From the sequence record MH809529.1: 24,000 bases of DNA. One strand, given 5' to 3'. This DNA is from Lactobacillus phage Iacchus. The notes under the pieces were generated by a model, which had not been told where the DNA came from, searched no databases, and saw nothing but the letters and a program-made list of their open reading frames with translations. Positions 8,946 through 17,816 of the stretch are shown piece after piece. The translations under genes were made by a program, and so were the position numbers. Numbering within the stretch: position 1 is the first letter of the stretch; each line of letters begins with the position of its first letter.

Positions 8946-10560
8946 AAATCATATAACGAATATTTGGAATGTCGATACCTTCGTCCATTACTTTAGTACC
9001 AATAAGAACTTTTAATTCTCCAGAGCGAACCCGGTTTAATATGTCGGTGCGCTCCTCTGTAGTATTTTTCCCTTGAATGAAAGCATACTCGGTATCAGTT
9101 TTTCCTAAATATTCAGCGATGTTCTCTCCGTGTTCAATAGAGTTAACTACAATAAGTACAGCTCCGTTATCAAGGCTAGACAACTTACTTCCTAGTTCAG
9201 CTATCAGCTTATTCCTGTCTTCATTATTAGTTATACCTATTTGGTAAGTCAGCTGGTATTTAACTAGACTCTCTTGGTTGCTTGGGGTCCCTTTTGGAAT
9301 GCTGCGATTGACTTGTTTTTCTAAATCGACTGGTTTATTAAAGTCAACTAGCTTGATATGAGGTCTTGCAGATACCCCTTGCTCAATCATTTGGTGATTA
9401 TCAATATCATATATAATATCCCCAAGAACGCTTTTAATCTTAGCCATCTCTACCTTTTTACCTTTATCTAAGGTACCGGTCAACCCAATTCTCAAACGAG
9501 CATTAGGTAAGAATTTAAAGGCTTCCTGATATGAGTCAGATGAAGCGTGTTGGCATTCGTCAACCATAACAATCTTTACATGTGATAAGTATTCTACTGC
9601 CACATTATATTTGTCAAATCCTTTGGCGTTCTTCTTAGAAATTAGTTTATTGTATCGCTTTTTAAAGTTTTCAAAATATTTGATGACAGCTTTATCAGAA
9701 TCCAAAGAAACTGCAAGTGAAGCTAGCTCTTGTTTGTCATCTATTTCATACTTATACTTAGGTTTAAAATTCTTAGCATACCCTTTTAACGACTGCCTAG
9801 GATTAACCGAATCAAGAATATCTTTAGCATATACAGTTGCCATTCGCTTTAGTAGCTTATCTTTGGCAGAAGTTAGCTTAACAGCATCCTCAGGGTTCTT
9901 AAGGGCTTTGTTAAGCGTCTGAATAGTGGCACAGGTAACTTGCTTAAGGTCACGATTACCGTCTCCCCATAGACCCACAGGCACTCCTAAATACCCTTCC
10001 ATATTCTTGTGAACTTGATTCATAATAGAAGTATTAGGTGCAATAAACAAAACATTGTCAGTGCTATCTAATTCTGGTAAAACTTTAGCAATAGATGTAA
10101 TAGAAATTAATGTCTTACCGGCGTTAGTTGCAGCTAGTACAATCCCTGTTTGATTAGCATAAACAGACTTAATTGCTTCTAGCTGATAATCACGAATAGT
10201 TACTTTTCTAACCCCTTCACCCTGCATCACAACTTCTTCTGGTAGAGATTTGCTAGGTGCAATCTTTATTCCTCTAACATCCTCTAATGAATACTTGATA
10301 TAGGCATTCTTATTCTGTTCCCGTTGTAATAGCAATAGTAGGTCGCTTACTAGTCCCGTAGGTACTAAGTTATTATCTAAATCACATAAGTTAACCCGAC
10401 CATCCCATGTATGATACTTTCTAAAAGAAGCCTTCCTAAACCGGTTAGGGTCTAATGGGTCTAACTCTTCATGGATTCTATCTTTTATATATTTTATAAA
10501 TCTATCAGTTTCAGTATCAAAATAAATTTTGGCATAGCTATTACCTATGGTTATTTTCAA
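8764..10560 (-). CDS. UvsW-like superfamily 2 DNA/RNA helicase
   Basis: Walker A AATNAGKT, DECQH, GLTGT, DEGIDIPN, QTLQRIGRLLR motifs. Confidence 0.92.
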   Translation of the reverse strand: MKITIGNSYAKIYFDTETDRFIKYIKDRIHEELDPLDPNRFRKASFRKYHTWDGRVNLCDLDNNLVPTGLVSDLLLLLQREQNKNAYIKYSLEDVRGIKIAPSKSLPEEVVMQGEGVRKVTIRDYQLEAIKSVYANQTGIVLAATNAGKTLISITSIAKVLPELDSTDNVLFIAPNTSIMNQVHKNMEGYLGVPVGLWGDGNRDLKQVTCATIQTLNKALKNPEDAVKLTSAKDKLLKRMATVYAKDILDSVNPRQSLKGYAKNFKPKYKYEIDDKQELASLAVSLDSDKAVIKYFENFKKRYNKLISKKNAKGFDKYNVAVEYLSHVKIVMVDECQHASSDSYQEAFKFLPNARLRIGLTGTLDKGKKVEMAKIKSVLGDIIYDIDNHQMIEQGVSARPHIKLVDFNKPVDLEKQVNRSIPKGTPSNQESLVKYQLTYQIGITNNEDRNKLIAELGSKLSSLDNGAVLIVVNSIEHGENIAEYLGKTDTEYAFIQGKNTTEERTDILNRVRSGELKVLIGTKVMDEGIDIPNIRYMIYASAGKSFVQTLQRIGRLLRISADKHEVYIFDIIDRNAEYLFNQAKQRVKYYKDQKFEVK

Positions 10561-11011
10561 CAGATGCTACCTCCAATTCTAATCCTAAATCATTAATGAT
10601 AGTTGTAGCTTGGCTATCTGATAAGTATAAAACTTTATCCATTAACTTCTTCTTAAGATTGATGCGTTTAGCTACCATTAAATTTAACCCAATATACGTT
10701 CGTGCCGAGCTGTACTTGTCTTGCTCAAACTTATAACCCTCAAAAGGCCAATTATTATAAATTTCCTGTTTGTTAACACTTTGGCTTACTATTAATGGAA
10801 CTATTATATTAACTATCAAATCCTCAGGGTCCGAGGAAGCTCCTATGAATTTATCTGATAGTCCATCTCGATTACAATATAGTAATTTATTAGGAGTATC
10901 TGTAAAATAATACTCACCTGCATGGTCTTTATATAAATAAAACAACTTGGCTACACCCCACATTTTAATCAATACTATATTATAACACAGTATTAGCAGG
11001 TTTGCAACCAA
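10541..11011 (-). CDS. hypothetical phage protein
   Basis: ORF track. Confidence 0.6.
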   Translation of the reverse strand: MVANLLILCYNIVLIKMWGVAKLFYLYKDHAGEYYFTDTPNKLLYCNRDGLSDKFIGASSDPEDLIVNIIVPLIVSQSVNKQEIYNNWPFEGYKFEQDKYSSARTYIGLNLMVAKRINLKKKLMDKVLYLSDSQATTIINDLGLELEVASVENNHR

Positions 11012-11034
11012 ATTGTTTAATTTTAACTAAATTT

Positions 11035-11415
11035 TTATAAAGCTAAGCATACTTTTAAAGTATGTTCCATCTTACTTTCTTCCTCTTTGCTAATATGACC
11101 AATATATTCAACTAAATCAGCTTTATTAACGGTAACAATAGCTTCAGTTAGCCCTAAACTTTTTCTAGGTGTTTCCTTAACAATAAAATGTGTTGGCAAC
11201 GGTACTTTGTGTTGGGTTGTTAGTGGTACTACAATTGTGTTGGGGCTATGCAGATTTCCTAAATTATTTTGCACAACTACACAAGGCCGTCTCCCAGATT
11301 GGATATGGCTCCATGATGGTTGTTCTGGTAAATTAATGTAGTAAATATCCCCACGTTCTAAATCGTTATTCATTATGATAACTTCCTTTCTTTTTCTATA
11401 ATAAAAGGATACCAT
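11035..11415 (-). CDS. MazF/PemK-like endoribonuclease-fold protein (start likely MNNDLERGD)
   Basis: RGDIYYINLP...SGRRPCVVVQNN...NTIVVPLTT...TEAIVTVNKADLVEYIGHIS. Confidence 0.85.
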   Translation of the reverse strand: MVSFYYRKRKEVIIMNNDLERGDIYYINLPEQPSWSHIQSGRRPCVVVQNNLGNLHSPNTIVVPLTTQHKVPLPTHFIVKETPRKSLGLTEAIVTVNKADLVEYIGHISKEEESKMEHTLKVCLAL

Positions 11416-11434
11416 TTCTGGTATCCTTTGTCAA
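11406..11434 (-). promoter_or_regulatory. promoter with palindromic spacer
   Basis: TTGACA-N17-TATCCT with inverted repeat AAAGGATACC...GGTATCCTTT. Confidence 0.7.
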
Positions 11435-11437
11435 CAC

Positions 11438-11620
11438 TTAATCGTGAGTTTCTTCATCGTAATGTTCGTATTCTTCCATGATATCCATAGTTTCATAAGC
11501 ATCTTCAAGTTCACTATTTAGATAATCGTTTTCTTCCTCTAGTTCCTCCACTCGGTGTTCCAAATAGTTGATACGGTCATACATCTCCTGATTACTTGAG
11601 AATGGTTCCTTATTATTCAT
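11438..11620 (-). CDS. acidic coiled-coil small protein
   Basis: 60 aa, LEHRVEELEEENDYLNSELEDAYETMDIMEEYEHYDEE. Confidence 0.6.
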   Translation of the reverse strand: MNNKEPFSSNQEMYDRINYLEHRVEELEEENDYLNSELEDAYETMDIMEEYEHYDEETHD

Positions 11621-11761
11621 TAGTATTGCCCCCTAAGATATAATTAATTGGTTTTGTTGCGGTTTCGCTGGTAAGCTTGATTTCCTTAGTCTTAGCCAAA
11701 TTAAGATAGACAAACTCTTTGCTATTCCATATTAAAAATCTCCTTATCGTTTTATACACAT

Positions 11762-11790
11762 AGTATACTATTAGATAAGGAGATTGTCAA
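11762..11790 (-). promoter_or_regulatory. sigma70-type promoter
   Basis: TTGACA-N17-TATACT. Confidence 0.65.
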
Positions 11791-11806
11791 TAATTTTATT
11801 TAATTA

Positions 11807-12571
11807 TTATTTAGCGTTGGCTTTAGAGAACCATTTGCTGTCAAAGAACGCAACCAAGTCATTCATAATATATAACATATAAGTGAAGAACAGAACCCAA
11901 ACAGCTTCTCCTTGCATTGCAGTTACAAGCCACAGAACGACTGAGCTAAGCCCCTGTGCAAACCAGAAGTAGTAAGAAGCACGGAAACGGCGAACGGTTA
12001 AGATTGCCCCCGTAAGACCGATAGTAGCGGCAAATGCGTCAATAAACGGACGAGGACTCGTTAAGATAACCGTATCAAGACCATATGTCACGATAAAGAA
12101 ACCAACGAAAGTTAATGCCGTCTGCAAAGCGAACTTGGAGTTCATCTTACGAGGTTCTAAATCTTTACCATTATTCCAAGTCTTATTAAATAGCACCGGC
12201 AAGTCCAACAGAAAGATATAGAAGCCTTGCATAACAATATCAGAGAAGTTCCCTGTCTTTAATGCCACGTAAATCAGCATAGCCGCAGAAACGAAGCCCA
12301 GAACACCGTTGATAGGACGTCCGTTCGTGATACTTAAAGTACAAGTAAAACCAATCAACCCGGCAACCGTTGAAGTTACTCCCAAACCAGTAATTCCATG
12401 ACCAAGACCAACGTATAACAGGAACAGCCAACCAATTACCAGCAAGACATAGCTGGACTTTGTCCAGCCGGTCATCTGGTCTTTGTACCAACGCCAATTA
12501 AATACCCGACTAACTGATTCCGGGTTATATCCTAAATCCACCACTGTATTACCTTGTGTTTCTTGCTGCAA
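11807..12571 (-). CDS. pnuC: PnuC-like nicotinamide riboside transporter
   Basis: polytopic membrane protein with GLIGFTCTLSITNGRPINGVLG and NKTWNNGKDLEPRK...FFIVTYG pattern typical of Gram-positive PnuC. Confidence 0.85.
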   Translation of the reverse strand: MQQETQGNTVVDLGYNPESVSRVFNWRWYKDQMTGWTKSSYVLLVIGWLFLLYVGLGHGITGLGVTSTVAGLIGFTCTLSITNGRPINGVLGFVSAAMLIYVALKTGNFSDIVMQGFYIFLLDLPVLFNKTWNNGKDLEPRKMNSKFALQTALTFVGFFIVTYGLDTVILTSPRPFIDAFAATIGLTGAILTVRRFRASYYFWFAQGLSSVVLWLVTAMQGEAVWVLFFTYMLYIMNDLVAFFDSKWFSKANAK

Positions 12572-12652
12572 AATAAAAACTTCCTTCTATATTTATTTAG
12601 GTCAATCTATGCTTAGACTGCCTTGTCCGCCTATAATGGCATCTTTCCTATA

Positions 12653-12868
12653 TTAATCTAACCTCTTAATCAAATCACTATATGAATAACTACCACGCAA
12701 TTCTTTGTATGCATCCATGTTAGCCTTAATCCAATTACTAGCATCACCAATAGCTATATCTGATTGGTGGTCTAATATCTCTAATTGGCTGTTATACGTT
12801 TTTAGCCATAGTTCCATATCAATAATCAACTTCAACTGCTTATCTGTCGCTAGTTTCAATAGGTTCAC
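12653..12868 (-). CDS. hypothetical phage protein
   Basis: ORF track. Confidence 0.6.
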   Translation of the reverse strand: MNLLKLATDKQLKLIIDMELWLKTYNSQLEILDHQSDIAIGDASNWIKANMDAYKELRGSYSYSDLIKRLD

Positions 12869-12874
12869 CCCAAT

Positions 12875-13384
12875 CTATTCTGAATATTGGTTCTCATCAT
12901 TAGTTCTAATAATAGACTTGATTACTGGTGAATCCATACAATCTTCTAACACATGTACTGCATTTTGGTCAACGTAATATAACTCTTTAACTTTGTCAAT
13001 ATCTTTGCTCCAGAACACATTCATCATAGCTAACGATTTTTCTAGTTCTGGATGACCAGTTCCTAATGCAATTCCATAATCATCAGATAATCCAGTATCA
13101 ATTAAGTCAACTGCCTGTTCCATCATTGTTTCATACAAATGGTTAAGTACACTTGATGAACTAGCCTTGCAAAAGCCAATTAGAGCGAACCCACCAGAAT
13201 TAGTTTTTCCTAATTTTCGTTTTCCTTCGCTACTTTGGCTCATGACATAATCTTTAATCTGATTATACTGAGCAGCAGTGACATACTTATTACGAACTAC
13301 CATATGTGCCGGAAACTCTGGGTTTAACAACAGTGTCATCTCAACATATGGATAGACGTCTTTACTACGCTTGATAGGACTCAC
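12875..13384 (-). CDS. hypothetical phage protein
   Basis: ORF track. Confidence 0.65.
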   Translation of the reverse strand: MSPIKRSKDVYPYVEMTLLLNPEFPAHMVVRNKYVTAAQYNQIKDYVMSQSSEGKRKLGKTNSGGFALIGFCKASSSSVLNHLYETMMEQAVDLIDTGLSDDYGIALGTGHPELEKSLAMMNVFWSKDIDKVKELYYVDQNAVHVLEDCMDSPVIKSIIRTNDENQYSE

Positions 13385-13386
13385 CT

Positions 13387-14121
13387 CTAGTCTTCTTTTA
13401 CATCAACTGTAGCTGTAGTATCAGTAGTATCTTCCGCCGTAGCATCTACTGACTTATCTTCGAGCTTCTTAACTCTATCTGACAGAGTTGCTAATACCGC
13501 TTCTACATCAACCTTAGGCTTTGGTTCTCCTACTGTGTAATAGATATCTAAATACCCTTGTTGAGGTGTGTCAGGTTCAATCAAGCGTGGGTCAATGAAG
13601 GTAGATGGATTACTAGTATCATCTGATAAGTGTACCGTTACATAATCCGTATTGAATCGCTTAGCTACTGATTCAATAACCTTTTCTACTAATGCATCAG
13701 ACTTAATAGCATCTTCTCCATAGTTATTGTCATACAAGTTACGTTTTAAGTCTGTTACTAGCTGTTTATCAAAGATAATACGCAAGTTACCAGTATTGCC
13801 ATATCGGTGTTCTACTCGATTATCAAAGGCATTTGAGGTTAAGATAGTAGTTACTAAACCCTTTGCAATATCATCAAGCGGGTTAATATCTACTTGCTTA
13901 CCTAATTCCTTTTTAGTAAATAATCCTACTCCTAATTCTGTAATCTTTGAGTATCCTTTATCAGATATCGTAGCCGTTAACCCTGAATCCGTAATTGTCA
14001 GCCCTTTGAAATGGATTAAATTAGCCCCATCAATAATTCCTTCTTTGTCGTCATACATTATAATATTACTTCCTTTCCTTAACATGTTAAGGATAACATG
14101 TATAGTATTCATTGTCAACAC
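13387..14121 (-). CDS. hypothetical phage protein (true start near 14058)
   Basis: ORF track; promoter TTGACA-N17-TATCCT at 14090-14118 overlaps the annotated N-terminus, implying a downstream start (MYDDKEG...). Confidence 0.6.
   Translation of the reverse strand: MLTMNTIHVILNMLRKGSNIIMYDDKEGIIDGANLIHFKGLTITDSGLTATISDKGYSKITELGVGLFTKKELGKQVDINPLDDIAKGLVTTILTSNAFDNRVEHRYGNTGNLRIIFDKQLVTDLKRNLYDNNYGEDAIKSDALVEKVIESVAKRFNTDYVTVHLSDDTSNPSTFIDPRLIEPDTPQQGYLDIYYTVGEPKPKVDVEAVLATLSDRVKKLEDKSVDATAEDTTDTTATVDVKED
14090..14118 (-). promoter_or_regulatory. sigma70-type promoter
   Basis: TTGACA-N17-TATCCT. Confidence 0.65.
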
Positions 14122-14137
14122 TTACTTAAAATTAATT

Positions 14138-14695
14138 TTAGGAGTTGTCATGTGTTACTTTAGCAGCCGCCGCACTAGCAATGGCACCAACTAAATCATC
14201 AACAAAAGTATTAATTCTGGTGTCGTCTGTATCCAAGTCTTTGATGACGCCCGTTTTTACTTTATCTACCATTCCAAAGGAACTCACACCAATTAATCCA
14301 TATAGTTGACTAATTGATACGCCCAATACTTCATCTACAGCAAAGACACCTAGGTCATTACGAATGATAGATAATAGTGGTTCCTTAATCAAGTTATCCT
14401 GTGCTAATCGGTCTAATTCTAAGCCAGTCATAGCTAAATTTAGTATATCACGCTTGTGCATTACTGTAGTAACTGCTGTTAAACACTCATCTACAGTCAA
14501 AGTAGGGATATACTTGTATTCTAATTGGTAGGATATTTCAGCAATGTCATTTAAAGACACACCTAGTTCGCTTAGCCTTCCTACTACAAACTTATATGCT
14601 TTTGAATCTGGATATTTCATGCCTCTATCCATTATTATCACCAGTTGCTGGCTTATCAAGTTCTGCATTAAGCATCCAAATTGTCTTTTCAACAT
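14138..14695 (-). CDS. PgpA/YutG-like phosphatidylglycerophosphatase A-related protein (start likely MKYPDSKAY)
   Basis: LGVSLNDIAEISYQLEYKYIPTLTVDEC...AMTGLELDRLA...GVFAVDEVLGVSISQLYGLIGVSSFGMVDKVKTGVI...INTFVDDLVGAIASAAAAK. Confidence 0.75.
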   Translation of the reverse strand: MLKRQFGCLMQNLISQQLVIIMDRGMKYPDSKAYKFVVGRLSELGVSLNDIAEISYQLEYKYIPTLTVDECLTAVTTVMHKRDILNLAMTGLELDRLAQDNLIKEPLLSIIRNDLGVFAVDEVLGVSISQLYGLIGVSSFGMVDKVKTGVIKDLDTDDTRINTFVDDLVGAIASAAAAKVTHDNS

Positions 14696-15104
14696 AACCG
14701 AGATATTGTTCTACCTGACTAGTAGTAACCACATCGCCGGCATCGCTTGCTCCGCTATGCAAGTTATTATAAGTGTCATCCAACGCTTCAAAGATATCTA
14801 CTAATTGCTTTACTGAATCATTTGTGTCATCATTATATACTGATGGCACATCATTAATAGTTGTATTCTGAATAACTTGGTTTAAGCTAGTAAGAGGCAT
14901 TCCCCCAACTTGAATAATCCGTTCGGCAATCCAGTCCGTTTCTTCAAATAATTCTTCCAACATCCCATCAATTAATGGGTGGTCAGTCAAGAAACGAGAA
15001 CCACGCATTAGCCAATGAATAGCCCAAGCCGTTTCATGTGCCTGTTGAAGGTTGGCTTGGGTTACTTGTAGCATATTAATATATTCATTACTATAACTTT
15101 TCAT
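14625..15104 (-). CDS. Dps/ferritin-like protein
   Basis: HETAWAIHWLMRGSRFLTDHPLIDGMLEELFEETDWIAERIIQVGGMPLTSLNQ, Dps-type metal-site pattern. Confidence 0.8.
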   Translation of the reverse strand: MKSYSNEYINMLQVTQANLQQAHETAWAIHWLMRGSRFLTDHPLIDGMLEELFEETDWIAERIIQVGGMPLTSLNQVIQNTTINDVPSVYNDDTNDSVKQLVDIFEALDDTYNNLHSGASDAGDVVTTSQVEQYLGYVEKTIWMLNAELDKPATGDNNG

Positions 15105-15345
15105 TGATTATTTTCTCCAATCTTTTAACTCTGTTCATTAAATCATTATTCTCTTGCTGTAACTTGTCTATTAAATTTAGTTTGTCTACAACTTCTTTTG
15201 ATAGGACTTTTTCTCCGATAATCCCATCTTCAAAAATGGTACTTTTGTCTATTACAGTTTGTTCTGGAATATCAGCAGTTCTTGTCGCTGCAATAATCCG
15301 TTCTGGAATACCAGCAGTTCTTGATGATATTAGTTTATTGTCCAT
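15091..15345 (-). CDS. hypothetical coiled-coil protein
   Basis: ORF track. Confidence 0.6.
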   Translation of the reverse strand: MDNKLISSRTAGIPERIIAATRTADIPEQTVIDKSTIFEDGIIGEKVLSKEVVDKLNLIDKLQQENNDLMNRVKRLEKIINEKL

Positions 15346-15373
15346 AATAACACCCCTTTTTATATCTATATGT

Positions 15374-15410
15374 ATATAAATAGCACTTAATATGTGTATG
15401 CTATTTATAT
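15374..15410 (-). repeat. 12-bp inverted repeat (hairpin)
   Basis: ATATAAATAGCA at 15374-15385 and TGCTATTTATAT at 15399-15410. Confidence 0.6.
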
Positions 15411-15445
15411 GACCAAGGTTTAGATGAGAACTGGCTAATAGTTAA

Positions 15446-15970
15446 TTAGTTGTTGTGAATTTGATTATATGGATTATATCCAGAAAGTAAGTCTGAAATC
15501 ATTTCCTTCATACCTTCTATATTACTGATAACATAGTCCATATTCATGTTATCCTTAGGTTTTAAGCTATTAACTCCTACTGATGAGAGCACAGTATATA
15601 TACTAATTTTAACCATATCTGCATACTTCTTAATCGGCTCCAGTAGCTCTGATTCACCAGCATCTAGCTTGTATTCCTTTGAATAGCTAAACATATTGTA
15701 AATAATATCCGACAGCCGATTCTTCTCACTGTCAGTAAAAGTAATATCATATTGACTATCAGATGTTTTCGTGTTATATGCTACTAGTGTTCTTTGCACT
15801 AGCCACCCAAAATTATAGTACAGAGCCTTCAAGATGTTACAAGCACTATTTGCTTGGTCGTCGGACCTAGAGGCAACTTTGATTGCGTCTAGCTGAATAT
15901 CTCTTTTTCTCGCCATCTTAAATTGAAGACCCTCTAGAACCACTACTTCTTGCTTATTTAATTTACTCAT
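15446..15970 (-). CDS. hypothetical phage protein
   Basis: ORF track. Confidence 0.65.
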   Translation of the reverse strand: MSKLNKQEVVVLEGLQFKMARKRDIQLDAIKVASRSDDQANSACNILKALYYNFGWLVQRTLVAYNTKTSDSQYDITFTDSEKNRLSDIIYNMFSYSKEYKLDAGESELLEPIKKYADMVKISIYTVLSSVGVNSLKPKDNMNMDYVISNIEGMKEMISDLLSGYNPYNQIHNN

Positions 15971-16091
15971 ACTTACATTACCTACCTTTTATTTTTATAT
16001 GCGGTACAACTCCGCTATATGTACCCTCGGCATAAAAGAACATGGGAAGAAAACGCCGAGGAACGTTTTACTTTATTGTAATTAAGCTACA

Positions 16092-16162
16092 AGCGGATAG
16101 TCGGATTTGAACCGGCGACAGCTGCTTGGAGGGCAGTTATGTTACCACTACACCATATCCGC
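16092..16162 (-). tRNA. tRNA-Gly(UCC)
   Basis: GCGGATA acceptor, loop CCTCCAA-type anticodon region, GGTTCAAATCC T arm, discriminator U. Confidence 0.9.
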
Positions 16163-16315
16163 ATTAAACGTAAGGAAAAGCGTCCAAACCCTTTAAGTTA
16201 TGTCAAACATAAAATCCTAATAAGGTTTATGTCTCATAATCCGTTATGCCACTTACACTGGTTAGGTTGGGCGTTTACACTTAGTCTATGGTAACCAACC
16301 ATAACACGCATATTA

Positions 16316-16386
16316 TGCCTCGTACTAGAATTGAACTAGTGACTTCTGTTTACAAGACAGATGTTTTACCACTGAACTAACAAGGC
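16316..16386 (-). tRNA. tRNA-Thr(UGU)
   Basis: anticodon arm TCTGT-CTTGTAA-ACAGA, CTAGTTCAATTCTAG T arm. Confidence 0.9.
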
Positions 16387-16427
16387 GTTACACTAGAAAT
16401 AATCTAGTATACAGTATGTTGGCGCTA

Positions 16428-16543
16428 TGTGCTTGGTAGGGATTTGCACCCTACATGGTATCTTGACTTCAGGGTTGCGACCCCTGTCTACGCCATTGAA
16501 ATACCGCTACGCCCGCTATGTCTACCTATTCCATCACAAGCAC
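16428..16543 (-). tRNA. tRNA-like gene with atypical ~116-nt length
   Basis: 7-bp acceptor GTGCTTG/CAAGCAC, T arm TAGGG-TGCAAAT-CCCTA, D-like AATAGGTAGACAT, long extra central region. Confidence 0.45.
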
Positions 16544-16804
16544 ACGTTAGAGTGCTAAATATCCTTTGACTGTCGCTGGCCCTGCCGTCTTTTCATCGCT
16601 CTCAAACTACTATTGATAGCTTCCTACACTATCTCACTAACTATAATTCGGCTTCGCAGATATATAACTGGTAGTTTATTGACTTGCCTAGGTCAATTAC
16701 TAATCTTTGGTACACTTATTTATCGACCTGAATTACTCCTCCATCCATTTCAATTTCGCCTTCTTGATGTTCATTGTAAAACAAGCTTTCTAATGAAGGA
16801 TAAG

Positions 16805-16945
16805 TTCCATAGATATGTCATATGGTTAATGCATACCTTTCGGGGGAACTACAGAATTTGTTATAAAAACTTCTTATAATAGTGACTCCAGTATATTTAC
16901 CCCGCTTTTTTAATGACTTCCGCAATGGATTTACGTAATGTCTAT
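16805..16945 (-). repeat. third copy of the array leader with one terminal hairpin repeat (promoterless)
   Basis: GACATTACGTAAATCCATTGCGGAAGTCATTAAAAAAGC... near-identical to 19.14-19.26 and 20.68-20.81 kb; repeat anchor at 16814. Confidence 0.85.
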
Positions 16946-17018
16946 GCTCTCGGTGAGATTCGAACTCACACTGTGTGGCTTCTAAGACCACTATCTCTGC
17001 CAATTGGATTACGAGAGC
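16945..17018 (-). tRNA. tRNA with anticodon UAG (Leu by code) but short variable loop
   Basis: GCTCTCG/CGAGAGC acceptor, anticodon arm GTGGT-CTTAGAA-GCCAC, T arm GTGAG-TTCGAAT-CTCAC. Confidence 0.8.
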
Positions 17019-17608
17019 AATATAAGTGTCCGCATTGGTTTGCGTAGTATACTTTAACTTTTACGATATATTCTGCCATACACTAGTCAGCGCCTACTAG
17101 CAAGGAGCTACCAAGCTAGCTGTTGACCCATTATAATGTGTAATCCAGCACAATGACTGATAACTTTCAGGCGTCATTAGGCATATAATATTTATATAGT
17201 TATTTTTATATTTGTATTCCTAGATTTACCCTACTAATACTCAACTAGTTACTTATAGGAGGAGTTACCTCTATCAACTAGAAAATAGCTTACTGATTTC
17301 CCTACTTGGTTCTGCCAGTTATCACACTAACATTAGCTTAGGGTCTGCGTATTGCGCTACCGTAACCGTTGATGCATTTATCGACAAACTTGTATCTAGC
17401 ACTGAATCCGTGATGGCTTTCTTTCACCACAACCTTTGTCACTACAACAATAGGTTTATTAAATCTACTAGCTATCACTATATAGACGTAATACACATTA
17501 TGACAGCGCTGCTAGGCGAGATTGACAGTCTCTTATACACTAGCTTGACACTATGTATAGTTATGGTTGTAATTCTTTCAAATTATCAACCTAAAATATA
17601 TGATGATA

Positions 17609-17680
17609 CTGCCCGAGCTGGGTTCGAACCAGCGACCTCTTGATTAACAGTCAATTATTCTACCGCTGAACTACCGGGCA
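17609..17680 (-). tRNA. tRNA-Asn(GUU)
   Basis: anticodon loop CTGTTAA, GCTGG-TTCGAAC-CCAGC T arm, discriminator G. Confidence 0.92.
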
Positions 17681-17715
17681 ATGTAAGTTGGTAAATATTA
17701 TTACTAATATTTCTA

Positions 17716-17798
17716 CACAGGATACCGGAGTTGAACCGGTTCGATTAGGTCAGTTTTACTGTGCGCACCCTAACGTTCTACCGTTAAACTAATCCCGT
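17716..17798 (-). tRNA. tRNA-like gene with expanded anticodon arm
   Basis: ACGGGAT/ATCCTGT acceptor, ACCGG-TTCAACT-CCGGT T arm, but ~19 nt enclosed by TTAGG/CCTAA instead of 7. Confidence 0.6.
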
Positions 17799-17816
17799 AA
17801 TATAAACATTTGTTAA

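Noticed and set aside
12240-12497. 85-aa minus ORF in another frame of the pnuC-like gene
   Set aside because: Fully nested in a well-supported membrane protein gene in a different frame.
16181-16273. Possible class II tRNA (terminal CGTCCAA/TTGGGCG pairing)
   Set aside because: No T arm or convincing anticodon arm on either strand; at most a decayed tRNA.
16818-17003. 61-aa minus ORF
   Set aside because: Runs through a tRNA and the array leader copy; coincidental.
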